From Gammaproteobacteria bacterium (lineage in GTDB: Bacteria; Pseudomonadota; Gammaproteobacteria; HK1), in NCBI GenBank assembly GCA_009937425.1, contig JAACFO010000006.1, forward strand, positions 5,196-69,195: DNA of 64,000 nucleotides, written 5' to 3'. The notes under the pieces are model-generated. The model was not told the origin of the DNA. It saw only the letters and a list, made by a program, of their open reading frames with translations, and made no database searches. The position numbers were made by a program, and so were the translations under genes. Below are positions 31,401 through 40,831 of this stretch, piece by piece. Numbering within the stretch: position 1 is the first letter of the stretch; every line of letters starts with the position of its first letter.

Positions 31401-31476
31401 AAGGGGACAGATCTAATTTCTCGAGGGGTCGAGCCTGACCCCTCGAGAAATTAGATCTGTCCCCTTTTATCCGCGC
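31391..31476. repeat. 86-nt perfect palindrome (40-bp arms, 6-nt loop) between prmB and aroC
   Basis: The left arm gcgcggataaaaggggacagatctaatttctcgaggggtc (31391-31430) is the exact reverse complement of 31437-31476. The prmB stop TAA (31398-31400) lies inside the left arm. Confidence 0.97.
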
Positions 31477-31489
31477 TACAATCTTGGTC

Positions 31490-32599
31490 ATGGGCGGAAA
31501 CACATTCGGTAAGCTTTTCTCGGTGACCTCATTCGGTGAGAGTCATGGCGTTGCCATCGGCTGCGTGGTCGACGGTTGCCCGCCGGGAATGGCATTGAGT
31601 GAAAGCGATTTGCAGCCGGATATGGAGCGCCGCCGGCCGGGGAAGACCCGCCACACGACACAGCGCCGGGAAACCGATCAAGTAAGAATCGTCTCCGGTG
31701 TATTCGAGGGCCGGACTACCGGTACGCCGATTTGTCTGTATATCGAGAACGTCGACCAGCGTTCAAAGGACTACACGAAAATCAAAGATGTGTTCCGGCC
31801 GTCCCACGCGGATTACACCTATCAACAGAAGTACGGATTGCGCGATTACCGGGGCGGTGGTCGATCGTCGGCGCGGGAGACTTCCGCCAGAGTAGCTGCC
31901 GGCGGAATCGCAAAAAAGTATCTTCGCGAGCACGAAGGCATAGTCGTGCGTGGCTATCTCGCCCAGCTCGGGCCGATTAAGAGCGAGGCCTTCGACTGGG
32001 ACGAGGTCGAGCGCAATCCGTTTTTCTGTCCGGACAAGTCGAAAGTTGCCGAACTGGAAGCGTACATGGATGCCCTGCGTAAGGAGGGTGATTCCATCGG
32101 TGCGCGTATTAACGTTACGGCGACCGGGGTGCCGCCGGGGCTCGGCGAGCCGATCTTCGATCGCCTGGATGCCGATATCGCCGCCGCCTTGATGAGTATT
32201 AATGCCGTCAAGGGCGTCGAGATCGGCGACGGATTCGCCGCCGTGGAGCAGAAGGGGACCCAGCATCGCGACGAAATCACGCCCCAGGGCTTCCTGAGTA
32301 ATCATGCGGGGGGAACTCTGGGCGGAATTTCTTCAGGTCAGGAGATCCGCGCCTCCCTGGCCTTGAAGCCCACCTCCAGCCTGCGCCTGGCGGGACGCAG
32401 CATCGATGTGGAGGGTAATCCCGTGGAAGTCGTCACCCACGGCCGTCACGACCCCTGTGTCGGTATTCGGGCGACGCCCATCGCGGAAGCCATGCTCGCC
32501 ATCGTTCTCATGGACCACCTGTTGCGGCACCGGGCGCAGAATCTGGACGTGCGCTCGGCGACCCCGGTGGTGCCCGGCTCAATCGACGATGGTGCTTAG
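31490..32599 (+). CDS. aroC: chorismate synthase
   Basis: It starts [20 protein letters not shown] and has [14 protein letters not shown]-like [14 protein letters not shown]. It follows prmB, as in E. coli. Confidence 0.95.
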   Translation: MGGNTFGKLFSVTSFGESHGVAIGCVVDGCPPGMALSESDLQPDMERRRPGKTRHTTQRRETDQVRIVSGVFEGRTTGTPICLYIENVDQRSKDYTKIKDVFRPSHADYTYQQKYGLRDYRGGGRSSARETSARVAAGGIAKKYLREHEGIVVRGYLAQLGPIKSEAFDWDEVERNPFFCPDKSKVAELEAYMDALRKEGDSIGARINVTATGVPPGLGEPIFDRLDADIAAALMSINAVKGVEIGDGFAAVEQKGTQHRDEITPQGFLSNHAGGTLGGISSGQEIRASLALKPTSSLRLAGRSIDVEGNPVEVVTHGRHDPCVGIRATPIAEAMLAIVLMDHLLRHRAQNLDVRSATPVVPGSIDDGA

Positions 32600-32685
32600 T
32601 CGGCTGCGGGGAAATCCACGCCAGTGTCCGTAAAGGCACATCATCCGTTACAATACGCGCCTTTACGACTCCATGGCGAACAGCG

Positions 32686-34089
32686 ATGCCCCCTAAGACC
32701 CTGTACGACAAACTGTGGGACGCCCACGAGGTGCGCAGAAACGACGATGGCACATCGATCCTCTATATCGATCGCCATCTGCTCCACGAGGTGACCTCGG
32801 CCCAGGCCTTCGCAGGGCTGGAGGCGGCGGATCGCAAGCCCTGGCGCATCGATGCAAACCTCGCGGTTTCCGATCACAATGTCCCGACCACCGATCGCAG
32901 CGGCGGTATTGCCGATCCCGTTTCCAAGCTCCAGGTCGACACCCTGGACGCCAACTGCGACAAGCACGCGATCGTGCAGTTCAAGATGGATGATCCTCGT
33001 CAGGGCATCGTCCATGTCATCGGACCCGAGCAGGGCGCAACCCTGCCGGGAATGACCGTAGTGTGCGGCGATTCCCACACTTCGACCCACGGTGCCTTTG
33101 CCTGCCTGGCCCATGGCATCGGCACCAGCGAGGTCGAGCATGTGCTCGCCACCCAGTGCCTGATGCAGACGAAATCGAAAAATATGCACGTCGTGGTGAA
33201 CGGCAAGCTGGGTGCGGGGGTCTCCCCCAAGGACTTGATCCTCGCCGTCATCGGCAAAATCGGCACGGCGGGCGGTACCGGTTATGCCATCGAGTACAGC
33301 GGCGAAGCCATCTCCGCCATGTCCATGGAAGGGCGCATGACGGTTTGCAATATGTCGGTGGAAGCCGGCGCGCGGGCCGGTATGGTCGCCGTGGACGACA
33401 AGACCATCGAGTACATCAAAGGCCGGCCTTTCGCGCCGAAGGGTACCATGTGGGTCAAGGCGGTGGCGGCGTGGCGTAATCTCGTCAGTGACAGCGACGC
33501 CGTGTTTGACCACGAGGTGGTCATCGACGCCGCCGACGTCGTGCCCCACGTGAGCTGGGGCACTTCACCGGAAATGGTCATCGGCGTTGACCAGCGCATC
33601 CCGAATCCCGAGCACGAGAGCGATCCCTTTCGCCGTGAGGGCATGGAACGCGCCCTCGCGTACATGGCCCTGGAAGCGGATGCACCCATAACCGATGTCA
33701 TGGTGGACAAGATCTTCATCGGCTCCTGCACCAACGGCCGTATCGAGGATCTGCGGGCCGCCGCCGACATCGTGCGCGGGCGCAAACTCGCCGACAACAT
33801 CAAGGCCGCCCTGGTGGTTCCTGGCTCCGGATTGGTAAAGCGCCAGGCCGAGGAAGAAGGCATCGACAAAGACTTCCTGGAGGCCGGTTTCGAATGGCGC
33901 GAGCCCGGCTGTTCCATGTGCCTGGCTATGAACGCTGACCGCGTGGAGCCCGAGGAGCGTTGTGCGTCGACTTCAAACCGCAACTACGAGGGTCGTCAAG
34001 GGCATCTCGCGCGCACTCACCTGGTGAGTCCGGCGATGGCCGCCGCCTGCGCCATCGCCGGCCATTTTGTCGACGTGCGTGAGTGGTAA
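32686..34089 (+). CDS. leuC: 3-isopropylmalate dehydratase large subunit
   Basis: It starts [16 protein letters not shown]. Aconitase-family Fe-S ligand motifs present: VCGDSHT, GSCTNGR and CSMCLAMN. Confidence 0.95.
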   Translation: MPPKTLYDKLWDAHEVRRNDDGTSILYIDRHLLHEVTSAQAFAGLEAADRKPWRIDANLAVSDHNVPTTDRSGGIADPVSKLQVDTLDANCDKHAIVQFKMDDPRQGIVHVIGPEQGATLPGMTVVCGDSHTSTHGAFACLAHGIGTSEVEHVLATQCLMQTKSKNMHVVVNGKLGAGVSPKDLILAVIGKIGTAGGTGYAIEYSGEAISAMSMEGRMTVCNMSVEAGARAGMVAVDDKTIEYIKGRPFAPKGTMWVKAVAAWRNLVSDSDAVFDHEVVIDAADVVPHVSWGTSPEMVIGVDQRIPNPEHESDPFRREGMERALAYMALEADAPITDVMVDKIFIGSCTNGRIEDLRAAADIVRGRKLADNIKAALVVPGSGLVKRQAEEEGIDKDFLEAGFEWREPGCSMCLAMNADRVEPEERCASTSNRNYEGRQGHLARTHLVSPAMAAACAIAGHFVDVREW

Positions 34090-34095
34090 TCTGCC

Positions 34096-34150
34096 GGAAT
34101 TAATTAGGGTCAGAGACGGACTAAATCCGTCTCTGACCCTAATTAATTCC
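34096..34150. repeat. 55-nt perfect palindrome (25-bp arms, 5-nt loop) between convergent leuC and tldD; possible bidirectional terminator
   Basis: ggaattaattagggtcagagacgga (34096-34120) is the exact reverse complement of 34126-34150. The right arm contains the tldD stop and its last two codons. Confidence 0.97.
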
Positions 34151-35591
34151 TGGCGTCGGTACCGCCTACGGTGAGTTCGTCGATTTTCAGCGTCGGCTGG
34201 CCGACGCCCACGGGAACGCTCTGACCTTCCTTGCCGCAGGTTCCGACGCCCTCGTCCAAAGCCAGATCGTCGCCCACCATGCTGACTCGCGTCAGCACAT
34301 CCGGGCCGTTGCCGATCAATGTGGCGCCCTTTACCGGCCGGGTCACTTTTCCCTTCTCGATGAGATAGGCCTCGGATGCCGAGAACACGAATTTTCCCGA
34401 CGTGATGTCCACCTGTCCGCCGCCGAAGTTCACGGCGTATAAACCCTTGTCCACCGAGGCGATGATCTCCTCCGCTGTGTGCGGTCCGGGCAACATGTAT
34501 GTATTGGTCATGCGCGGCATGGGCAGGTGCGCGTAGGACTCGCGCCGGCCGTTGCCCGTGGGCGCGACACCCATGAGGCGCGCATTCAGCTTGTCCTGCA
34601 AATAGCCGGCGAGCAGGCCGTTTTCGATGAGAACCGTGCGCTGCGTGGGCACGCCTTCGTCATCCACGTTCAGTGATCCGCGTCGGTTTGCAATGGTGCC
34701 GTCGTCCACCACGGTGCACAGGCTCGAAGCGACGGTCTCGCCGATGCGCCCGGAGAATGCCGAGCTCCCTTTGCGATTAAAATCGCCTTCCAATCCATGG
34801 CCGATGGCCTCATGGAGCAGTACGCCGGGCCACCCTGGCCCCAGTACCACGGGCATTGTACCGGCGGGCGCATCTTCGGACTCCAGATTCACCAGCGCGC
34901 GCCGTACGGCCTCGCGGGCATAGCCACACGCCCGGTCCTGCTCCTGAAAGTAGCCGTAGTCGTAGCGGCCGCCGCCACCTGCGCCAGCTTGCTCGCGCCG
35001 TCCATTCTCCTCGACGATGACGCTCACGTTCAGGCGCACCAGCGGGCGCACGTCCGCCGAGAAGGTGCCGTCGCTGGCGACCATCATGACGCGGGTGTAC
35101 TCGCCGGCGAGGCTTACGTTAACCTCTTTTACCCGCGGGTCCAGGGCGCGGGCAAACTTGTCCACGGTCTCGAGCAGGGAAATACGCTGCTGTTCGCTGA
35201 GAGACGTCAGCGGATCGACACTGGCGTACAAATCCTGATCTTTTCGTCGATGCCACGCCTGGACTGTCCCGCTACCACTGCTGTGGGCGATGGCGCGTGC
35301 CGCCTGTGCCGATTGGGTGAGCGCCGGTAGTGCGATCTCGTCCGAGTAGGCAAAGCCGGTTTTGTCGCCACTGACCGCTCTCACACCGACCCCCTGGTCG
35401 ATGTTGTAGCTGCCGTCCTTGACGATGCCGTCTTCCAACGCCCAGGATTCGAAGCGCGTCGCTTGAAAGTACATGTCCGCCAGATCCAGGCGGCGGTCCA
35501 TGAGTTGCCCGAGGGTGGCCTGCAACTCGGTTTCCCCCAAGCCACCCGGGTGCAGCAGATCCGCCGTAGCGATATCCAGTGCGCGGCTCAA
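34143..35591 (-). CDS. tldD: metalloprotease TldD
   Basis: The 482-aa ORF has the HExxxH site [10 protein letters not shown] and [14 protein letters not shown]. It starts at TTG, with a TTGA overlap with the upstream gene's stop. Confidence 0.93.
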   Translation of the reverse strand: MSRALDIATADLLHPGGLGETELQATLGQLMDRRLDLADMYFQATRFESWALEDGIVKDGSYNIDQGVGVRAVSGDKTGFAYSDEIALPALTQSAQAARAIAHSSGSGTVQAWHRRKDQDLYASVDPLTSLSEQQRISLLETVDKFARALDPRVKEVNVSLAGEYTRVMMVASDGTFSADVRPLVRLNVSVIVEENGRREQAGAGGGGRYDYGYFQEQDRACGYAREAVRRALVNLESEDAPAGTMPVVLGPGWPGVLLHEAIGHGLEGDFNRKGSSAFSGRIGETVASSLCTVVDDGTIANRRGSLNVDDEGVPTQRTVLIENGLLAGYLQDKLNARLMGVAPTGNGRRESYAHLPMPRMTNTYMLPGPHTAEEIIASVDKGLYAVNFGGGQVDITSGKFVFSASEAYLIEKGKVTRPVKGATLIGNGPDVLTRVSMVGDDLALDEGVGTCGKEGQSVPVGVGQPTLKIDELTVGGTDARN

Positions 35592-36448
35592 AGCGCGTGG
35601 AAGCCCATGCGCATGTGATCAATGGTGGGGAAGCTCGCACGAATACGCTCGATGCGTTCGCTGTCGATCTCACTCAAGATGACCCCGGTGCCCTTGGTCA
35701 GTCTTTGCAGAATGGTACCCCAGGGATCGACGATCATGCTGTCACCGTGGGTGGCGCGCCCGGTGGAATGATAGCCACCCTGGGCCGCCGCAACCACGTA
35801 GCAAAGATTCTCCACGGCGCGTGCCCGCACCAGCGGTTCCCAGTGAGCTTTGCCGGTAACAGAGGTGAAAGCGGCGGGCAGAAGAATAACATCGACGCCG
35901 GTTACTACCATGGCGCGAAACAGTTCCGGGAATCGCAGATCATAACTCGCGGCCAATCCGATGCGACCGAAGGGAGTGGTGCTGACGACAATGTCGCCGC
36001 CTGCATCCATGATTCTGGATTCTTGATATTGTTCGGTAGTCGTTCCGATGACTGTGACGTCGAACAGATGAATACGATCATAACGGGCGACCTGCCGGCC
36101 ATTCTTGTCATACAGAAGATAAGCCGGGCGAATCTTATCTTCGCGGTCACAGTCCAGAGGCACGGCGCCGGCGCATATCCACACCCTGTGCTGGCGTGCC
36201 TGGCGGCGTAGAAATTCTTGAATCGGACCGGCGCCCGGCTTTTCCCGGGCCGCCAGCATCGCAGCGCTGTCATCGCTGATCAGCGCAAAGCTCTCCGGCA
36301 GCACGACGAGCTCGGCGCCCCCCCTGGCGGCCTCGGCAATGAGCCGCGCCGCAGTCTCGAGATTCGCCGCGAGCATTGGCCCGGACGCCATCTGTATGGC
36401 GGCAAAGCAATGCTTAGCCATGTCTAATGAATCCGATTCGGACTGCAT
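35588..36448 (-). CDS. carbon-nitrogen hydrolase (nitrilase superfamily, Nit/omega-amidase-like) with a non-canonical catalytic triad
   Basis: Family motifs present: [15 protein letters not shown] and [14 protein letters not shown]. The usual Lys and Cys positions read Arg and Ser. The position upstream of tldD matches Pseudomonas. Confidence 0.85.
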   Translation of the reverse strand: MQSESDSLDMAKHCFAAIQMASGPMLAANLETAARLIAEAARGGAELVVLPESFALISDDSAAMLAAREKPGAGPIQEFLRRQARQHRVWICAGAVPLDCDREDKIRPAYLLYDKNGRQVARYDRIHLFDVTVIGTTTEQYQESRIMDAGGDIVVSTTPFGRIGLAASYDLRFPELFRAMVVTGVDVILLPAAFTSVTGKAHWEPLVRARAVENLCYVVAAAQGGYHSTGRATHGDSMIVDPWGTILQRLTKGTGVILSEIDSERIERIRASFPTIDHMRMGFHAL

Positions 36449-36461
36449 GTTTCATCGCCGG

Positions 36462-36833
36462 CTAGTTATCCGTACCCACCACCGCAAGCTCGATGGCATC
36501 GATGCGTGTGGACTGCGCACTCACCGCAATGTCGGCTGACGGTATACCCAGTGCAACCAACCACCCGCGCAATTCTTCCGCCCACAACACGCCTTCTTCG
36601 CCGCGCGGGTGACGAATGAGAATATGCTGCCCGCGCTGATCGTTTTGGCCGCCCTTTCGACCAAGGTAATCGCGCACGGTGCGTTTGAGCGCCGGCATCC
36701 GCACGAGTGACTCGCCAGATCGCGGCCGCGCCCACTCATCGGCGGTGATGAATTCCACCGATTCGGCCGAAGAAACGGCCATGCAGATCAGCATGATGAG
36801 AAGCGGCAGCCCTCTGATCATGCGCCCGAGCAT
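36462..36833 (-). CDS. hypothetical small exported protein (signal-peptide-like N-terminus)
   Basis: It starts MLGRMIRGLPLLIMLICMAVSSAES..., followed by about 100 aa with no motif I recognise. It ends 13 nt upstream of the hydrolase gene. The start is chosen at ATG 36833, whereas the track ORF extends to 36962. Confidence 0.45.
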   Translation of the reverse strand: MLGRMIRGLPLLIMLICMAVSSAESVEFITADEWARPRSGESLVRMPALKRTVRDYLGRKGGQNDQRGQHILIRHPRGEEGVLWAEELRGWLVALGIPSADIAVSAQSTRIDAIELAVVGTDN

Positions 36834-36977
36834 AACATACTTGTACGCGCCGGAGCCGCGGCCCGAGTCACCAGAGCTGGCCGGACGTGTCCCCATAAGA
36901 AGCACATTCCCTGTGCTTTGGATATGGCCTCGCGCCGTTGCTGCTGGCAGTATCACGTCCATGATGGATAAAGCTTA

Positions 36978-38294
36978 ATGGAGCCGGTCAAGATCGGTTT
37001 GCTCGGGCTCGGCACCGTGGGTGGCGGCACCGTGAATGTTCTCGCCCGTAATCGCGACGAAATCGCGCGCCGGGCCGGCCGCGCTATCGAGGTCGTGCAC
37101 GCCAGTGCCAGGGATCTGGCCAAAGCGCGCATCTGTTCCCTGGACGGCATAACCCTCACCGACAAGCCGGAGGCGGTGGTTGACGATCCCCAGGTCAGCA
37201 TCGTTGTCGAGTTGATGGGCGGAACTGATCTGGCACGGGATCTGACCCTGCGCGCTATCGATGCAGGGAAACACGTGGTTACCGCCAACAAGGCGCTGGT
37301 CGCTCTGCACGGCAACGAGATTTTCGATGCCGCCCGCCGTCGCGGGGTGATGGTGGCATTCGAGGCCGCGGTCGCCGGTGGGATCCCGATTATCAAGGCG
37401 CTTCGCGAAGGTTTGGCCGGCAATCGCATCGAGTGGATCGCCGGTATTATCAACGGCACGGGTAATTTCATACTTTCCGAGATGCGCGACAAGGGCCGGG
37501 ACTTCGAGGATGTTCTGGCGCAGGCCCAGAGTCTCGGCTATGCGGAGGCCGATCCGAGTTTTGATGTGCAGGGCATCGACGCCGCCCACAAGTTGGCGAT
37601 TCTGGCTGCGATCGCATTTGGTAAACCGTTGGCCTTCGATAAGGTTTATACCGAGGGCATCGAAAAGGTGACGCCGGAAGACATGCACGACGCCGGGCAG
37701 CTCGGCTACCGCATCAAGCATCTCGGCATCGCGCGGCGCACCGGGGAGGGCGTCGAGTTGCGGGTGCATCCGACCTTGATCCCCGAACGGCGTCTCATTG
37801 CCAACGTCAACGGCATCATGAATGCCCTGCTGGTCATGGCGGACGCCGTGGGACCGACCCTTTACTACGGCGCCGGCGCCGGCGCAGAACCCACCGCATC
37901 CGCGGTGGTGGCGGATCTCGTCGACGTGGTGCGGACCCTGACCACGGATCCCAACAATCGTGTCCCGCACCTGGCCTTCCAGCCGGATGCGATTTCGACG
38001 CTGCCGATGCTCTCCATCGACGACGCCGTCACCGCCTATTACCTGCGCATGCTGGCAAAGGATCGGCCGGGTGTGCTCGCCGAGGTGGCCACTATTCTCG
38101 GCAATGCCGGAATCAGTATCGAGGCGGTGGTGCAGCCGCAGCCGCCCCACGGCGCCTCCCAGGCGAAGCTCATCTTGCTCAGCCATCCGGTGCGCGAGCG
38201 TCAGATGAACATCGCGCTGGGCCAAATCGAGGCCCTGGACAGCATCAGTGGTAAGGTGACGCGCATTCGCGTCGAGCAACTGGACGGAGATTAA
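36978..38294 (+). CDS. hom: homoserine dehydrogenase (with C-terminal ACT domain)
   Basis: It has the N-terminal Rossmann loop GLLGLGTVGGG, and also ANKALVA and GIINGTGNFILS. The ACT-like C-terminus includes YYLRMLAKDRPGVLAEV. Confidence 0.94.
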   Translation: MEPVKIGLLGLGTVGGGTVNVLARNRDEIARRAGRAIEVVHASARDLAKARICSLDGITLTDKPEAVVDDPQVSIVVELMGGTDLARDLTLRAIDAGKHVVTANKALVALHGNEIFDAARRRGVMVAFEAAVAGGIPIIKALREGLAGNRIEWIAGIINGTGNFILSEMRDKGRDFEDVLAQAQSLGYAEADPSFDVQGIDAAHKLAILAAIAFGKPLAFDKVYTEGIEKVTPEDMHDAGQLGYRIKHLGIARRTGEGVELRVHPTLIPERRLIANVNGIMNALLVMADAVGPTLYYGAGAGAEPTASAVVADLVDVVRTLTTDPNNRVPHLAFQPDAISTLPMLSIDDAVTAYYLRMLAKDRPGVLAEVATILGNAGISIEAVVQPQPPHGASQAKLILLSHPVRERQMNIALGQIEALDSISGKVTRIRVEQLDGD

Positions 38295-38299
38295 GACAA

Positions 38300-39445
38300 G
38301 TGAGTGCTGCATCCGGAGCCTATCGTGGCCTGCTCGACAAATACCGGCATCGTCTGCCGATATCTGAATCCACTCCCATCGTTAATCTCTACGAAGGCAA
38401 CACGCCACTTCTACCTCTGGAAAATATTCCTCGCGAGTCTCGCGTCGACGCCGATATATGGGTGAAACTGGAGGGCCTGAATCCCACCGGCTCGTTCAAG
38501 GACCGGGGCATGACCATGGCGGTGAGCCGTGCCCTGGAGGAAGGCAGCCGTGCCATCATCTGCGCCTCCACCGGTAACACGTCGGCTTCCGCCGCGGCCT
38601 ACGCTGCGCGTGCCGGCATGCGCGCATTCGTGCTCATTCCCGACGGCAAGATTTCGCTGGGCAAGCTCGCTCAGGCCATGATGCACGGCGCCACCATCAT
38701 CAAGATCGACGGCAACTTCGACGACGGCATGCGTCTGGTGCGTGAAGTCGCCGAGGAAGCACCGGTGACTATTGTCAACTCCATCAATCCCTACCGTTTA
38801 CAGGGACAGAAGACCGTCGCCTTCGAGGTTGTTGAATCCCTGGGGCGCGCGCCGGATTTTCACTGCCTGCCGGTAGGCAACGCCGGCAACATATCGGCCC
38901 ACTGGATTGGTTACAGCGAAGCCTGTCCCGGGGAACGCAATTGCGTTACCGCGTCGTGCAATTTCTGCGACGGCAGTTGCCCTTATGCGAGCGAGCCGTT
39001 GGCGGATTCGCGACCGGTGATGGTGGGCTATCAGGCCACCGGTGCGGCACCCTTTTTGCGCGGGCATCCGGTGGAGAATCCCGAGACCGTGGCGACGGCA
39101 ATCCGCATCGGCAATCCGCAGTCCTGGGATCTGGCCCTGGCCGCCAGCGCGGAGTCCGGGGGATGGTTCGATGAGTTCGACGATGCCGAAATACTCGCGA
39201 CCCAGAAGCTGCTCGCAGAGAAGGAGGGCATCTTCTGTGAGCCAGCCTCGGCGGTGGCAGTCAGCGGCGCATTGCGGGACTTGAAGAGCGGCAAGATCCC
39301 TGCGGGCAGCACCGTGGTGTGCACCTTGACAGGACACGGGCTCAAGGATTCCGATGCCGCTATCGCCCAGGACAGCGCTCCCATGCTCACGGTCAAGGCG
39401 AACCGGGATGCAGTGCGCAACGCCATCGCCGGGGCGCTGGAGTAA
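38300..39445 (+). CDS. thrC: threonine synthase (short type)
   Basis: It has the PLP-lysine motif NPTGSFKDRGM and ASTGNTSASAAAYA. It starts at GTG and sits directly after hom. Confidence 0.93.
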   Translation: MSAASGAYRGLLDKYRHRLPISESTPIVNLYEGNTPLLPLENIPRESRVDADIWVKLEGLNPTGSFKDRGMTMAVSRALEEGSRAIICASTGNTSASAAAYAARAGMRAFVLIPDGKISLGKLAQAMMHGATIIKIDGNFDDGMRLVREVAEEAPVTIVNSINPYRLQGQKTVAFEVVESLGRAPDFHCLPVGNAGNISAHWIGYSEACPGERNCVTASCNFCDGSCPYASEPLADSRPVMVGYQATGAAPFLRGHPVENPETVATAIRIGNPQSWDLALAASAESGGWFDEFDDAEILATQKLLAEKEGIFCEPASAVAVSGALRDLKSGKIPAGSTVVCTLTGHGLKDSDAAIAQDSAPMLTVKANRDAVRNAIAGALE

Positions 39446-39458
39446 CCAGCACGATCCC

Positions 39459-40538
39459 ATGAGCGGCGACCGGGGCCAGCATCTCACCCTGGTGGTGCCC
39501 GGTTTGTTCGGCCCGGCGACCGCCAGCGCTGATCAGCGCGAGGAATCCGCCAGGCAGATCTGCGAGGGGCTTTCACTGCCGGCCCTGGAACACTTCTTGT
39601 CCCGCTGCACAGCAGTCCCCTGCCAGGATCCGGAGCCCGGGCTTGCGGCGCTGCTGTTCGGCTGTTTTGGTGTTGCCAGGGAGGGACCGGACTGGCCCGT
39701 AGCGGCGGTCACAGGCCGGTTCGACGGCGCAGGCGAGGACGCTGGCTGGTGGCTGCGCGCCGATCCGGTGCACCTGCGGGTCGACCTGGGGGAGCTCGTG
39801 CTCGTGGACAGCGACCAATTGCGCATTTCCACCGCCGAAGCCCGGGCCCTGGTGGCGGAACTCAACGGGCAACTGGACGATCCGGGTGTGCGCCTGGAGG
39901 CGCTGGCGGACAAGCGCTGGTATTTGCGTTCGGCCCAGGCGCCGCGCCTGGCCACTCACGCGGCGTGGGAGGTCAGCGGCTCAAGGGTAGGCGAGTACCT
40001 TCCCATGGGCGAGGACGCCGGTCATTGGCGGGCGCGCATCAACGATGTCCAGATGATCTTACACGCGAGCCCCGTCAACCGCGCCCGCGAACGCCGCGGT
40101 GAGCCGGTGATCAACAGCCTGTGGCTGTGGGGCGGTGGCTACATTCCGCGGGTCCCCACCGCCTGTTGGCAGGGAGTGTGGAGCGACAGCACCCTGGTTA
40201 CGGGGCTCGCGGCACTGGCAGGGGTGACAAGCGATGCGCTTCCAGAAGATGGCCAGGCATGGCTGGCGCTGGCCGGGTCAGCGGGTAATTACCTGCTGGT
40301 CTCCAGCACGGCTTACGTGCCGGTTCGTTGTTCCGACGTGGAGGCTTGGAGAAATTTTGTTTCCACTTTGGAGACCCGCTGGATGGTGCCACTCCTGGAG
40401 GGCCTGAGGTCCGGCCAGCTGCAAAGTCTGAGTCTGCGCGCCTCAGCGGATCGCGCGTTTATTCTGCGCCGCGGCCAGCTGCGTCACTGGTGGCGCCGCA
40501 CCAGGCCCTTTGCCCACACCATGTGCTTGAGCCGCTGA
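39459..40538 (+). CDS. conserved hypothetical protein, tentatively RpfE-type regulatory protein family
   Basis: It starts MSGDRGQHLTLVVPGLFGP... and later has INSLWLWGGG. I recall this pattern from proteins annotated as RpfE-type or phosphoglycerate-mutase-like near recJ in Xanthomonas and betaproteobacteria. The start is moved to ATG 39459 to clear thrC. Confidence 0.5.
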   Translation: MSGDRGQHLTLVVPGLFGPATASADQREESARQICEGLSLPALEHFLSRCTAVPCQDPEPGLAALLFGCFGVAREGPDWPVAAVTGRFDGAGEDAGWWLRADPVHLRVDLGELVLVDSDQLRISTAEARALVAELNGQLDDPGVRLEALADKRWYLRSAQAPRLATHAAWEVSGSRVGEYLPMGEDAGHWRARINDVQMILHASPVNRARERRGEPVINSLWLWGGGYIPRVPTACWQGVWSDSTLVTGLAALAGVTSDALPEDGQAWLALAGSAGNYLLVSSTAYVPVRCSDVEAWRNFVSTLETRWMVPLLEGLRSGQLQSLSLRASADRAFILRRGQLRHWWRRTRPFAHTMCLSR

Positions 40539-40548
40539 CTGTGCGCAT

Positions 40549-40818
40549 TCAGCCCAGATAGTCGTTCCAGCAGCCGGGGCAGCTGGCGTCCAGCGGGCCT
40601 GCGGACGCCAGCTGCTGTTTGCGTTGCCCCAGTAACCGCCGATAACAGTCCGCGAGCTTACGCTCGCAGGAGCCGTTACTGGCCGTTAACTGCTGGATCT
40701 GGGTTTCCAGCCAGTAGATGTCGTCACGTAGAATTTCAAGCGTGTGCGTCGGCCTGGACTTCATTGGGTAAGCGCTGCCGATGTCCCCGGGATCAATCGC
40801 GGAGTGCTGGATGGACAT
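40549..40818 (-). CDS. hypothetical 89-aa protein with a coiled-coil segment and four Cys (C-x8-C ... C-x2-C)
   Basis: ATG 40818 is preceded by GGGAGG at -9. No family was recognised. Confidence 0.45.
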   Translation of the reverse strand: MSIQHSAIDPGDIGSAYPMKSRPTHTLEILRDDIYWLETQIQQLTASNGSCERKLADCYRRLLGQRKQQLASAGPLDASCPGCWNDYLG

Positions 40819-40831
40819 GCAGGCCGCCTCC

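Noticed and set aside
32673-32696. An 8-codon upstream ORF overlapping the leuC start, considered as a possible leucine attenuator leader peptide.
   Set aside because: It contains no Leu codons (MANSDAPP... type sequence), and no terminator/antiterminator pair follows. It is not consistent with leu-type attenuation.
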